Virus record (IMG/VR): IMGVR_UViG_3300020581_000010
Location: 11,253-75,252 of that record
Reading direction: 5' to 3' (one strand)
Origin: a virus
DNA length: 64,000 nucleotides
Part shown: positions 34,687-44,395 of the stretch, piece by piece
Numbering within the stretch: the stretch's first letter is position 1
Layout: each line of letters starts with the position of its first letter
The notes under the pieces: generated by a model
Databases searched by the model: none
Seen by the model: only the letters and a program-made list of their open reading frames with translations
What the model was told of the DNA's origin: nothing
Program-made: the position numbers and the translations under genes

Positions 34687-35784
34687 TCATTCCCCGGAAC
34701 CTTCATCAAACAAACCATGCTCAATTGGTGCCGCAACCGTCTCATCGGCTTCCGACCAGCCACGCGGATACACCTTATCTTCCCAGCACTTCCTGATGAA
34801 TGCTTCGTCCTCCGGCGTCACCAGGACAATGCCTGCCCGACGCTGAATGTCCATGATGCGGTCGAACATTCTTTTGCGGGCTTCAAGTTTGATCGGCCCG
34901 TAGCCGTCTTTTTTGCCTTTGCCCTTAGCCTGCCCAGAGCGGAAGCAGCGATTGATTCGGCGGCGGGACTCAAACCAAACGTCGTAAAGCTCGTTCAGCG
35001 GAGATTCCTTGCCGTATCGCTTTGAGACCGCTTTCGGGGCGTGTGCTTTAGATTGGATCGCCGGGCAACCGATGCAACCGAACCTTGCTGCCGTCACGAC
35101 AGGATCAGACCATTCAAAAACGTCCTTGTCTACCTGCACATCGTAGATGTCAGCGAGCCTCTTGGTGATTGCGAAAACATCCTGCATCTTGTCGGCCACG
35201 ATGGGCCTGACGTGCCCGCAGAGCCAGTCAATGACGTGACAGGTCCGCCAGTGCAGAATCGGGCTGTAAGTGCGATCCGACGGATCAGGTATGCCGCATT
35301 CTCCCCCTGCCGAGCAGCCCTTGCGTTTGATCTTGCCGTCACGCATTGCCGACTCGCCGAGCCTCAAGCCAGTCAGAGTCACCCCTATCGAATTCTTCTC
35401 TCGCCACCGCTCCATCGGGTCGATCTTCGTCGCCCGCGTACACCACCGCATTGATCGGACGCCTGGGTGTATCGGAGAGACGCCGATGCCCAAAATGCGG
35501 TTGTACAGCTTCTCATTGATTCGCGGCTCAACAACAGCACAATCCCACCCGCACGTTCGCAACAGGACCATCATGTCGCGGGAGATTGCCTGCAACTGGG
35601 GATATTCGACGGTAGTGTCCGACTGGACAAGCTGTGGCCGTTCGACGGTAATCCATCCGGTTCGTCGCATCCATTCAATCCACGTCACAAGCGAAGTCGA
35701 ATCCTTGCCGCCGCTGAACGAGGCACACCACGGACCTTGCAAGCGTTCGAGGTGCTCAGCTGTCGGTTCATAGAATGATGCCAT
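34687..35784 (-). CDS. PAPS reductase family / DndC-like protein
   Basis: SFSGGKDS PP-loop, SDT.VE.P, RWCT..TKIDP, G.R..ES..R, RFGCIGC. Confidence 0.85.
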   Translation of the reverse strand: MASFYEPTAEHLERLQGPWCASFSGGKDSTSLVTWIEWMRRTGWITVERPQLVQSDTTVEYPQLQAISRDMMVLLRTCGWDCAVVEPRINEKLYNRILGIGVSPIHPGVRSMRWCTRATKIDPMERWREKNSIGVTLTGLRLGESAMRDGKIKRKGCSAGGECGIPDPSDRTYSPILHWRTCHVIDWLCGHVRPIVADKMQDVFAITKRLADIYDVQVDKDVFEWSDPVVTAARFGCIGCPAIQSKAHAPKAVSKRYGKESPLNELYDVWFESRRRINRCFRSGQAKGKGKKDGYGPIKLEARKRMFDRIMDIQRRAGIVLVTPEDEAFIRKCWEDKVYPRGWSEADETVAAPIEHGLFDEGSGE

Positions 35785-35800
35785 TCCTCACCCCTTTCCG

Positions 35801-36784
35801 CTAAGACTCTCCGCCGATGTCGGTGTAAAGGGCCTCGATTTCAGCTTCACGCTGGGCAATCTCCAACAAATACCAGCGGGCTTTGTTCCTTACAGTCCAG
35901 GTGTATTTGTACCACCAAGGCCAGAGCAGATAGGAGCGATAAGCTTGCGGCAATCGGCGAATCAGGTTCCACCAATTCACTGTCGGTCCTCCTTTGACAG
36001 CTCTTTTACAAGCCGATCACATTCGGCCTTTTGGCGTTGCAGGGATTTCACAACCGGCAAGTGGAATGACTTCTGTATGTATCCTGGGTCGTTCATTAGC
36101 CGTAGTCTTCGCGTGAGGCGGAATCTGTATCGCTTGAGCATTTCAATAGCCGTCTCCGTGCTGTCTATGCCATCCACCAGGAAAAGCAATTCTCTTGCTT
36201 GGTCAAGTGGACTCAAAACGCTGTCAGCCATTTTCGGTCCTCAGTTACTCTTGCGGGGCGTGGGTTAGATGAAAAACTCTTTCCCACACCTTCGTAATGC
36301 GGCATGTCAATCTCCCTTCATGGCGGACGACTTTTTGTGTTTTGGATGCACGCGATAGAGCCCGCGTATTCTCTTGCGACATTCCCCGCAAATATTGAGC
36401 AGCCTAGTTTCACGATCCCCGTAAGCATTCGTTCCTGTGATGAGGACAGAGGCAAGATCGTCAACGCGAGGCGTATTTTTTGTCGGCCTGCTTTGTCGGC
36501 TTTTCAATCGCCTATCTTCGGTGTCGCCGGAACAATAATCGCAGGTGCCGGAAAAGAGGTTTTTCACTCGTCTTATCCCTTCATGGCGGACAGGATGGCG
36601 CGGCACTCCCAAGAATTCAGCGTTACGCAATGCTCCTCATTGGCCTGGAACAGATGTTTGTTCTGGACCTGTTTTTTCACCGGCTCCAGCGCTCCTCTCA
36701 GGGCAGCGTTTTCCGCTCGCAGGCGGTCTAGCTCGATGTCTGCTTCCGCTTTCAAGGCACCACCGTTTCTTGCTTGCACATCAA
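35801..36784 (-). other. Small hypothetical genes (about 35801-35980, 35977-36231, 36307-36567, 36573-36784)
   Basis: Contiguous short ORFs. Confidence 0.45.
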
Positions 36785-37026
36785 ACCGACCTCCAAAGAA
36801 TCTCCGGCCCATTCCGAATACCTTCGGCCAGGCCCATCTTGCCGAGTGCCGTCAGGAGGTTGTTTGCCGTCGATGCCTTAATCCCCAGCAGTCTGGCAAG
36901 CCTTGTCCCGCTGATCGGCTGGTTGCGTTTGAGTACCGAAAGCGTCTCATCGCACTTCAGCGTCAGCGGCTCTTTTCCGGTCCCAGCACACTTTCGGCAC
37001 TTGCGAGTAGTCCGCATGTCTTTCAT
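36781..37026 (-). CDS. Zn-knuckle plus HTH protein
   Basis: CRKCAGTG then ISGTRLARLLGIKASTANNLLTAL..MGL. Confidence 0.6.
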   Translation of the reverse strand: MKDMRTTRKCRKCAGTGKEPLTLKCDETLSVLKRNQPISGTRLARLLGIKASTANNLLTALGKMGLAEGIRNGPEILWRSV

Positions 37027-37029
37027 GCT

Positions 37030-37595
37030 AGCACGTGAAAGGCCGAAGTCTGGCTTATCCCCCCGCTGGTTGTTTAGCGTGTCCGCAAAGTTCCCCCGGA
37101 AAATCCGGTTCCTCAACACGTCTCAACTGATTGCTCGTTGCGTGGCGATGCTCGACCGCCGACCCCGAGCCACGAAGGGAATGGTGACGGTTTTTGAGGC
37201 TTCCCGCACTGGACGATTGCAGGAATCCAGCCTGTGCCTTACCCCTTTAGGTTCAGCTCGACTCACTCGCCGAACTGCCCCGGCCCGCTGTCAGGCGGTT
37301 TGGCCTGGAAGCCCCGGTAATCTCCCTCTGCCCTGGGCGGCTTGTGGAGCGGAGCCCCGTACCTGTCGGATTTAGCCCGAGGACCGTTCTCGGACGTTGT
37401 ACACTGGCCGTGTCCGTCTTGTGTTTCGGGGGACACTTACCGCCGCGAAGAGAAGCTCACGTGATTCGGTGATAATGACTTGTTCCACAGAGGTGCATTC
37501 TGATATGATGCCTCTATGGATACTTGTTTGGACGGGGGCCTCTCTTCGCGGGGACGGCCCTCTTCCATTTCCACAGCGTAGCCGAATCGGTTCTG
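37030..37595 (-). other. ~570-nt non-coding, hairpin-rich interval (candidate structured RNA or origin)
   Basis: No credible ORF; nested inverted repeats. Confidence 0.4.
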
Positions 37596-37599
37596 CTGG

Positions 37600-38001
37600 T
37601 CAAGAACGACCTGAAAATGCCCTCTTGAGCAAAGCAAACACCGCCCCGCTCTTCACGTCGTCTGGCGTGCAGTGGAACACGCGGTATCCCATCAAGACAG
37701 CCTCATTCCTCTTGTGCTGGTCCTCGATGAATCCCTTCCCTCGCGTGTGCCTGCCTTGCGTCCAGGCTCCTCCGTCGATCTCCAAGGCTATGGGAATTGC
37801 AAGATGCGGCCAGCACACGTCAAATTTCCACTCCCTCGTATCGTGGAACTCGTGCTCGAAGATCGGCGTCGGCAGGCCGTGCCCTACGCACATTGCCACG
37901 AACAGCTCGCGGTTGAACTTGCCCCGCTTGACCTTGGCTGTCCGCTTTTGGGGTGGGGTGACGATGCCGAGTGCATTGGCGTCTTTGGAGGAGAGTTTCA
38001 C
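37600..38001 (-). CDS. PD-(D/E)XK / DUF559-Vsr-like endonuclease
   Basis: EHEFH..REWKFD..WP...ALEIDGG.W..GRH...D..KRN.A...GYRV. Confidence 0.8.
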   Translation of the reverse strand: MKLSSKDANALGIVTPPQKRTAKVKRGKFNRELFVAMCVGHGLPTPIFEHEFHDTREWKFDVCWPHLAIPIALEIDGGAWTQGRHTRGKGFIEDQHKRNEAVLMGYRVFHCTPDDVKSGAVFALLKRAFSGRS

Positions 38002-38402
38002 GGCCTGGCCTCGTTAGTTGCGTTGTCGCCGCTTGTTTCGTGGCTCTCGGTGTGTTCTGGGTAGCCGTAATGACACGCTTCGCACCATTGCTCATCGCTG
38101 CCATCCTGCTTGTAGGCATGAAAGCATCCGTCAGGTTTCGGCCCGTCGATCCGCCGCCGCTTGCAGTTCTCGCAGATGTCGGCCCCTTGGAACCAACGCC
38201 CTTGCGATACGCCGTCGCTCATGACCTTGACCCGAACTTCGACCTTGCGTTGCCAGAGCATCTTGAGCCAGTCCCACAGGCTCCACTCGATGATGACGGT
38301 CGTGTGGTGGAACGGGTCTTCGACAGGGATTTCACTCGTGGTCTTGTTGTCGATTTGCGTCCTGATTGACAGGTGCCGCTTCATGTGTTCAGTGTCTCGC
38401 AT
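37998..38402 (-). CDS. Hypothetical protein
   Basis: Coupled ORF with CxxC pairs. Confidence 0.55.
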   Translation of the reverse strand: MRDTEHMKRHLSIRTQIDNKTTSEIPVEDPFHHTTVIIEWSLWDWLKMLWQRKVEVRVKVMSDGVSQGRWFQGADICENCKRRRIDGPKPDGCFHAYKQDGSDEQWCEACHYGYPEHTESHETSGDNATNEARP

Positions 38403-38773
38403 GTCGCTCTCCTCTCAAGAATCTCCCTCAGTTGCCCCATCGCCCACGTCCGCTCATCCGTCAACGCTGACCGTCCCCCGATGCCGTGCCTGCGTACCAA
38501 GTGGACCAGCTCGGTTATGTCCTCTGGCGTCACCCGCTCGCGTGCGGCGGCTTTGGCCAAGAGCTGGTCTACAGATGGCTCGTTGCCATCATGCTGCGAT
38601 TGGTGGCACAGCCGGCACAGACCAATCAGGTTTGCCGGGTGGTCCACTTGGCCGCTCCCCTTGGCGTGGATGTGGCAGCACTCGGCCGGCACAAAGAGGA
38701 ATTGCGTGCGGCACCACTCGCACCGTGGACGAATGCGGACAGCCTGGCGTGCGTCTGGATCGTCAAGGATCAC
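38381..38773 (-). CDS. HNH-like nuclease
   Basis: CEWC, HIHAKG.G..D...NLIGLCRLCH..QH. Confidence 0.75.
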   Translation of the reverse strand: MILDDPDARQAVRIRPRCEWCRTQFLFVPAECCHIHAKGSGQVDHPANLIGLCRLCHQSQHDGNEPSVDQLLAKAAARERVTPEDITELVHLVRRHGIGGRSALTDERTWAMGQLREILERRATCETLNT

Positions 38774-39486
38774 TGGTCGCCCTCAACGAAGCCGATTAAT
38801 TGTCGCCCAACGAATTCAGTGTACGCTGGCGGGATTGCCTGGCTAAGTTCATCGCGGCTCATCCAATCAATGCCCATTGCCTTCCTGCCCATGTCCGTGC
38901 CAACGTGTTTTCTGTGGATGATCGGTTCGCCTTTGGCTGTCGTCCCAATTTGCTTTCCCCTCTCAAGAACCGTGTGTCCAAATACTAAAAGCCAGTCACC
39001 CTTGTGAGTTCTCGGGCAAGTAGTCCCGAACAGGAATCGGTTGCTTTCAAAAAGCCGGTGCCTTTTTACTCCGCAGCCAAGAGCTAGCCCGCATACCAAA
39101 GCTGGGCATTCGAGCGGAGCTCCTGGGACGTTTTCGATCACCCACGGTTTTCCGGTTTTGTGCAACAATTCCCTTGTTCGAACGATCAAGTCGGGATGAT
39201 CGGTGCGGCCGTGGATGTTGTTGGCCTGGCTATACGCTTGGCATGGTGGGCTGGCGTGAATGGCCGCAATGTCCTCAAGCCAGTAATTCGGCCCACTCGG
39301 AGCAATGTGGAACTTGCCGCCACGGAGCAAGCATTCGAGCAGTTCAAGGGCATCGCCTTCGACGAACGGAAACGGATAGTTTTTCTGAGGCTTGATGTCG
39401 CACCCAACCACGTCGAACCCGGCACGGTTGTACCCGACCGAACAGCCGCCAGCACCGCAAAACAGGTCTAGCAAAAGCGGCCTCAC
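38770..39486 (-). CDS. DNA (cytosine-5) methyltransferase
   Basis: LDLFCGAGG, ASPPCQ, IENV, R.HR.F motifs. Confidence 0.9.
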   Translation of the reverse strand: MRPLLLDLFCGAGGCSVGYNRAGFDVVGCDIKPQKNYPFPFVEGDALELLECLLRGGKFHIAPSGPNYWLEDIAAIHASPPCQAYSQANNIHGRTDHPDLIVRTRELLHKTGKPWVIENVPGAPLECPALVCGLALGCGVKRHRLFESNRFLFGTTCPRTHKGDWLLVFGHTVLERGKQIGTTAKGEPIIHRKHVGTDMGRKAMGIDWMSRDELSQAIPPAYTEFVGRQLIGFVEGDQ

Positions 39487-39674
39487 TTCTTCTCCCTCCC
39501 GCTGGCAATCTGCCTCAGCTTCGCCACGCTCACCTTGTCCAGCCTGTCCCGGCACTTGTCACACAAGCCCACCAATCCGCCCTCGAATTCGACTACGTTG
39601 AGCAAGAGAATCTGCGGCTTGAGGCATAGCTCGCAGTTCAGCAGACAGCGGATGGTCGAGGGGTCGGAGGTCAT
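39483..39674 (-). CDS. Small Zn-finger protein
   Basis: CELC...CDKC. Confidence 0.5.
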   Translation of the reverse strand: MTSDPSTIRCLLNCELCLKPQILLLNVVEFEGGLVGLCDKCRDRLDKVSVAKLRQIASGREKK

Positions 39675-40207
39675 GGCTTCACGGTCTCTTCCAACGCTCC
39701 TGCAAGGTACGGCACCGCCTCAATCCCCCGGTTCGTGTTCCACGGTCTCGGCACCAGTATCGCCTGACCGCCAGCGTCTCGGAAGGCGTCCACGTTCTTG
39801 TCGTAGTCGTCAACCAGCACCGCGTCAGGTCGTGCGAAAAACTGCTTGGCTGACCCGATGAAAAACCGCCGACGGTAATTTGGCAGGCACGCCGCTATCC
39901 AGGCGTGCTTTGCTGACGAACACTGCGGGTCTCTTGCCGGCGAGGTTAGGATGCAGACGTTCTCGCGGCCGAAAGCCGATTCGACGTGCAGCAAGATTTC
40001 GTGGGCGTCCGGCATCCTTGCGAGCTGTGCCCAGAAGTGGTAGTCCATCGGTGCCCAAAACTGCTCCGGCGTCATGCCCCAGATTTTGTCCATGTCGAAC
40101 TCTTTTGCTGGCGTCGGCCCGGCGTAAGGGTTCGGCCGCTTGTGGGCTTTGCACGCACCCCCTACGAAGTCCGCAATCACTCCGTCGAGGTCAAGGAAGC
40201 ATTTCAT
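39671..40207 (-). CDS. HAD-family 5'(3')-deoxyribonucleotidase-like
   Basis: FLDLDGVIADF, ILTSP, K..W, LVDD. Confidence 0.85.
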   Translation of the reverse strand: MKCFLDLDGVIADFVGGACKAHKRPNPYAGPTPAKEFDMDKIWGMTPEQFWAPMDYHFWAQLARMPDAHEILLHVESAFGRENVCILTSPARDPQCSSAKHAWIAACLPNYRRRFFIGSAKQFFARPDAVLVDDYDKNVDAFRDAGGQAILVPRPWNTNRGIEAVPYLAGALEETVKP

Positions 40208-40458
40208 TCGTCCATCTCCTCAGCCATCTCGTAGGGCAACTCCTCTTCGTCAAGGTAGTCGCCGCGTGCCATCTTCTCCACGGTTTCCTTGAGGTTGCGG
40301 ACGGACTGCCGAAAGTAGCTCGACTTGAGTTCAACGCCCACGCCTTTCCGACCGTTCAGGACGGCCCCAGCTACTTCACTGCCGACACCGCAGAACGGAG
40401 TCAATACTGTCTCGCCTGGGTTCGACCAGAGGTCCGCCGTGGAAGTGCAACAATTCAA
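40204..40458 (-). pseudogene. C-terminal remnant of an N4/N6 DNA methyltransferase
   Basis: WSNPGETVLTPFCGVGS...GVELKSSYF (SAM-binding motif) with no catalytic [SD]PPY/F motif. Confidence 0.7.
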
Positions 40459-40649
40459 ACCCCCTTCCTGTCAGGCACGAGCATCAGGAAGAACGCCACG
40501 CTGAACCCGCAGAAGAACCACCCGATTGCGGACGGCGGCTGCCAGAGGACGGGATTCTCCACAGGAAACGCTGCCCCGTATCCGAGCACGATTGCCGCCG
40601 ACAGGTGATACCACCACCGCGTTATGAGCCACAAAAGACGCTCATTCAT
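40455..40649 (-). CDS. Small two-TM membrane protein
   Basis: MNERLLWLITRWW...; two hydrophobic stretches. Confidence 0.55.
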   Translation of the reverse strand: MNERLLWLITRWWYHLSAAIVLGYGAAFPVENPVLWQPPSAIGWFFCGFSVAFFLMLVPDRKGV

Positions 40650-41149
40650 CACTTCACCCCATTCGCCTTCGGCCTGTCCAAGAACCCGTACCGTTTTAGC
40701 TGTGCCTCTACCGCCGCCGTCGTTGACCTGATTGCCGCTATCCGCTTGCCGATGCTTTCCTCTAAGGCCCTGACGTATTTGTTCGCCTTGCCCATCCGAG
40801 AGGCCAGCTTGGTCAGCGTCTTGTTCAGCTCCGCAGACTGCCACGCCATGTCGGCCAGTAGCCCCTCGACCTTGCGGGCCTCGTCGTACAGGGCCGAGAC
40901 CTTGGCCGACGCCTTGGCCGACGCCTCCGCTTGCTGCTCCCAGATTCGCGTGAGGACGATCATCTGACGCTTGCCGCATTCGTCGATGGCCGAGAGGTCG
41001 AACACCTTCCCAAGGGCCTCCCTGACCCGCTCGGGGTGGTACTCGCAGGCGTGCTCGATGTCTCTTGCCAGGCGGTCGGCGGAGTCTCGGTCGCGGGCCT
41101 TGATGGCCGCTTCGCGGCGGTCTTCAGGAGTGAAGGGGTCGTCAGGCAT
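40649..41149 (-). CDS. Coiled-coil hypothetical protein
   Basis: MPDDPFT start; helical. Confidence 0.6.
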   Translation of the reverse strand: MPDDPFTPEDRREAAIKARDRDSADRLARDIEHACEYHPERVREALGKVFDLSAIDECGKRQMIVLTRIWEQQAEASAKASAKVSALYDEARKVEGLLADMAWQSAELNKTLTKLASRMGKANKYVRALEESIGKRIAAIRSTTAAVEAQLKRYGFLDRPKANGVK

Positions 41150-41268
41150 GGGCAGCTCAAAAGGGGATGGCTTCACTCGGATCATCGGCGAATCCGTAAG
41201 GCACGCAGGCGTCTTTCTCATCTAGCGTGTCGAAAACACTTCCTGCCGGCGGAGGAATTTTCGGCGGC

Positions 41269-42888
41269 TCACGCCTGCACCTTCTTTCGATTCTTTGCGA
41301 CGTACTGCGGGAACAGTTCGGCCACTGGCAGGGACCACAACTGTTCCCCTCTGGCTGGCATGTTCGGCATGTCTTGGAACTCCCACGGCCCCTTGCCGTT
41401 CATCTCACGCTTGAACCTTCCAGCCGCTGCTCCGGCGGTCCTTCCGGTGTTCGCCGCCCACCCCAGGCACGCTTTCCACTTCCGCACGGCCGACTCGTTT
41501 TGCGTGCCGTTCGTCGCCAGCGGATCGTCGATTTCAATGAGGATGCCGTTTTCCTGGTTGATGTTCTTCGGCTGTGCCGCTTCAGGCTTCGTACTGTGTC
41601 CGCACGCCGGGCACACGCTGCCGCTGTAGAGTGCGTGGCACTTCGGGCAGTGGAGGATAGACGGTGCGTCCGGCTTCACCTTGTCTTGAATCGTTTCGCC
41701 AGGTTTGAGCTGCCAGTCGATGTCCCAGTTAGGCATATGTTTGAAGAAGTGCACGCAGCCCGCATGGTCAATGAGGATAGCTTCTTTCTTTCCCTCTGCC
41801 GGCCTCATGACGCGACCGATCATCTGCATGAACTGCACGAAGGATTGCGTCGGTTTGGCTAGGATACACACCTCGGCGTCGGGACAATCGAACCCTGCGG
41901 TGAGCACGTTGCAGTTCGTGAGTACAAGCGTCTCGCCCCGCTGGAACCGGCACAGCATCCCGTCCCGCACATCGTCTTCCGTCGTTCCGTCGAGGTGTTC
42001 GCACTTCACCCCAGCCGCCTGGAACTGTTCAAGGATGGCCATGCTGTGGGACACACCGGACGCGAACACGATGGTCTTCTTGCCTTCCGCCAGTCGCTTC
42101 CAGTGGTCCACGATGTCGCCTACGAGTTTCGGCTTGTTCATCCGCTTTTCGAGTTCTTCCCTTACGTACTCGCCTGTTTCTGGATTGACCCTCATTCCCG
42201 CGAGGTCCGGCTGATATGGGCCGAACACGCGAGTATGCACGAGGAACCCGTCGGCGATGAGCTGCGAGGTCTTCACGGCCTGGATCATCCCGTTGAAGTC
42301 GCCTCCCAAAGTCTGCCCGTTGCCCTTCGCCGGGGTCGCGGTCAGGCCGACTACTACGGCATTGGGGAACATGCGGATGAGCATCTTCCACGTCGGAGCA
42401 GTAGACAGATGCGCCTCGTCAGGCACAATTAGGTGGAATTCTGGCAACTCAAGGGCCATCTCCCGCCAGCGTTCGATGTTCTTGTGAGCCCGTGCTGAGT
42501 CCTGCATCGACAGAGTGCCTGAGTCCAGCCTCGCCTGCCACTCCCTGATTTTCTTCGGGATGTTGATCACGCGGGATAGGAGCGTGTCTTTGGTTGCGAC
42601 TTGGACCGGGTGTTCGAGGTCGTAGCCGCGACCAGACATGATGATGCCGTGTGGAACGTCGAGCCGCCGCAGCTTGTCGCTGCACTGCGTCACCAGTTCT
42701 CGGGATGGTGCGAGGAACAGGCAGCGTTTCTGCTTGGCGACGAGTCCGTGGATGATGTGTGCCGCCATGATCGTCTTGCCGGCCCCGCAGCTCGCCTGCA
42801 AGATTGCCCGCCGTTCTCCGGCTGGCATTTCCGAGAGCAGTTTGCGTAGCCTGTCCACGGCGTCAACTTGATATGGCCTGAGTTCCAT
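41269..42888 (-). CDS. SF2 DEAH-box helicase with C-terminal Zn ribbon
   Basis: LRPYQ, GAGKT, DEAH, TATP, LTAGFD.P, QMIGR..R, CPKC..CPACG. Confidence 0.95.
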   Translation of the reverse strand: MELRPYQVDAVDRLRKLLSEMPAGERRAILQASCGAGKTIMAAHIIHGLVAKQKRCLFLAPSRELVTQCSDKLRRLDVPHGIIMSGRGYDLEHPVQVATKDTLLSRVINIPKKIREWQARLDSGTLSMQDSARAHKNIERWREMALELPEFHLIVPDEAHLSTAPTWKMLIRMFPNAVVVGLTATPAKGNGQTLGGDFNGMIQAVKTSQLIADGFLVHTRVFGPYQPDLAGMRVNPETGEYVREELEKRMNKPKLVGDIVDHWKRLAEGKKTIVFASGVSHSMAILEQFQAAGVKCEHLDGTTEDDVRDGMLCRFQRGETLVLTNCNVLTAGFDCPDAEVCILAKPTQSFVQFMQMIGRVMRPAEGKKEAILIDHAGCVHFFKHMPNWDIDWQLKPGETIQDKVKPDAPSILHCPKCHALYSGSVCPACGHSTKPEAAQPKNINQENGILIEIDDPLATNGTQNESAVRKWKACLGWAANTGRTAGAAAGRFKREMNGKGPWEFQDMPNMPARGEQLWSLPVAELFPQYVAKNRKKVQA

Positions 42889-43895
42889 TACGGCTGATTC
42901 TCCAGTTCGACCTTACGCCACTTGGTTATCCACCCGGTCCCACGGCATTCCGAGCACCCCTTGCCGTCGCAATCGCGGTGGACGATGTAGGGCTTGCCGA
43001 ATTCGACGTGCTTGCACGCTTCCTCAAGGGCGGGAACGATGAGAGATAGGTTCGTCCACGGATAGAGCGTCTGGTTGTTCTTGAGGTGCTTGACGATGCC
43101 TTTGAGGGCCGCTGCGGAGTCTGACAGGAATGTGTCGCCGAACGTGTCGCGGAGCTTCTTGGGGACCACGTAGCCTTCGCCGTCTCGCGGGACTTTGGCG
43201 TCCTTCTCGGCAGCCTTCTCAGAATCGCTAGGAGGCTCCCAGGCGTCACCGGCGTCTGGCGGTGGCGTGTCGGCCTTCTTCGGCTTCCCGTTGCCGCTGT
43301 GAGCCTTGCCATTGCTTTCGTGGACCTTGCTGCCGTGACTTGTGCCGTTGGCCGATGGGGTCGGGATGTCGTCCTCGTCGTCTTCTTCGTCGGGGTCGGT
43401 CTTGGATGTTCCTGCCGCGATCTGAATAGCTGGTGCTGGCATGGGAGGAGCAGCGTTGCTCTTTTTTCGTTCGCCTTGGATCGTCGCACAGGCATTGCAT
43501 CCCTTGACGGCTGGTGCTGGACGAAGGTTGTTGCACTTGTTGCAACGGATGTCGTCTGATTGGGCTTCGTCTTCGTCCGGAACGTCAGGACCATCATGGA
43601 TTCGCTGCCAAAGAGCAATGAGTTCATCCTTCAAAATGGCCCCCGGGGCCATTTTGGCAAGCTGCATGTACTTACGGGACTGGCGGTAAGAGCAAGGCAT
43701 GGCCTTTTCCGCGAGGGCCTTAAACTGGCCGTGAGGGCAACCAGATTTGGCAACCAAGAGCCACTTTCCAGATTCGAGAGCGTTGTTTGCTCTGGCGAAT
43801 TCGCTCAGCTGCGACTTGTTGTGGAACCCAGCGGCTTTTTTGAATGCTGCCTTGACATCCACGTTCGCCTTGACGATTGCCGATGCTGCCTGCAT
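42888..43895 (-). CDS. DUF3102-like N-terminal domain protein (replication region)
   Basis: G.WLL.AK...PHGQF......SYRQ..KYMQLA. Confidence 0.6.
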   Translation of the reverse strand: MQAASAIVKANVDVKAAFKKAAGFHNKSQLSEFARANNALESGKWLLVAKSGCPHGQFKALAEKAMPCSYRQSRKYMQLAKMAPGAILKDELIALWQRIHDGPDVPDEDEAQSDDIRCNKCNNLRPAPAVKGCNACATIQGERKKSNAAPPMPAPAIQIAAGTSKTDPDEEDDEDDIPTPSANGTSHGSKVHESNGKAHSGNGKPKKADTPPPDAGDAWEPPSDSEKAAEKDAKVPRDGEGYVVPKKLRDTFGDTFLSDSAAALKGIVKHLKNNQTLYPWTNLSLIVPALEEACKHVEFGKPYIVHRDCDGKGCSECRGTGWITKWRKVELENQP

Positions 43896-43913
43896 TGCTG
43901 ACTCCTAAAAGGG

Positions 43914-44240
43914 TTATTTCTTGGAGAGACCTTCCAAAAGGAACTTGTGGACCTCGTTGCACCGTGCTTCGCCGTATATCCTTTTGAACCTGGTGAAAAG
44001 CAAGATGAAGTCGATTTTGCAATTGCCGCAATAATCGGCGTGCATCCTTATGGCTTCCCGTTCGGCAATGGACAAACGGCGATGGGATTTGCGGAGTTTC
44101 TTGACTTGTTCGCAGTTGAGAGTGCCACCGGCTTTGAGGTAGCGAACCCTGGCCTTGGCTTCCGATAGCTCAATTTTCTTGAAAATCTTGTTGAGTTCAG
44201 CGAATTGGGCTTCAAGAGCGGGAGATATTTCGGGCTCCAT
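43914..44240 (-). CDS. Hypothetical protein
   Basis: First ORF after the structured leader. Confidence 0.55.
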   Translation of the reverse strand: MEPEISPALEAQFAELNKIFKKIELSEAKARVRYLKAGGTLNCEQVKKLRKSHRRLSIAEREAIRMHADYCGNCKIDFILLFTRFKRIYGEARCNEVHKFLLEGLSKK

Positions 44241-44249
44241 GCTTCACCA

Positions 44250-44395
44250 GAAAAGGCCAGCCGTCTCGGTCAGGGTTTGTATTCACCTGCCACAGCGAAA
44301 TGTTCCCTGGCGAGACGGCGTGGATCAAATTGTTTTTGGTGTCACTTGTGGCAGGTGACTCCAGATAAGGATACTGTCACGGCGTGACGTGTCAA
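44250..44395 (-). promoter_or_regulatory. Promoter plus two-hairpin leader with complementary loops
   Basis: TTGACA-16-TATCCT with GTCAC-N3-GTGAC in spacer; 12-nt complementarity 44347-44358/44283-44294; stem 44260-44268/44311-44319. Confidence 0.65.

Noticed and set aside
38381-38773. CRLCH as another heme motif
   Set aside because: It is part of the HNH Zn-binding signature in a protein with no export signal.
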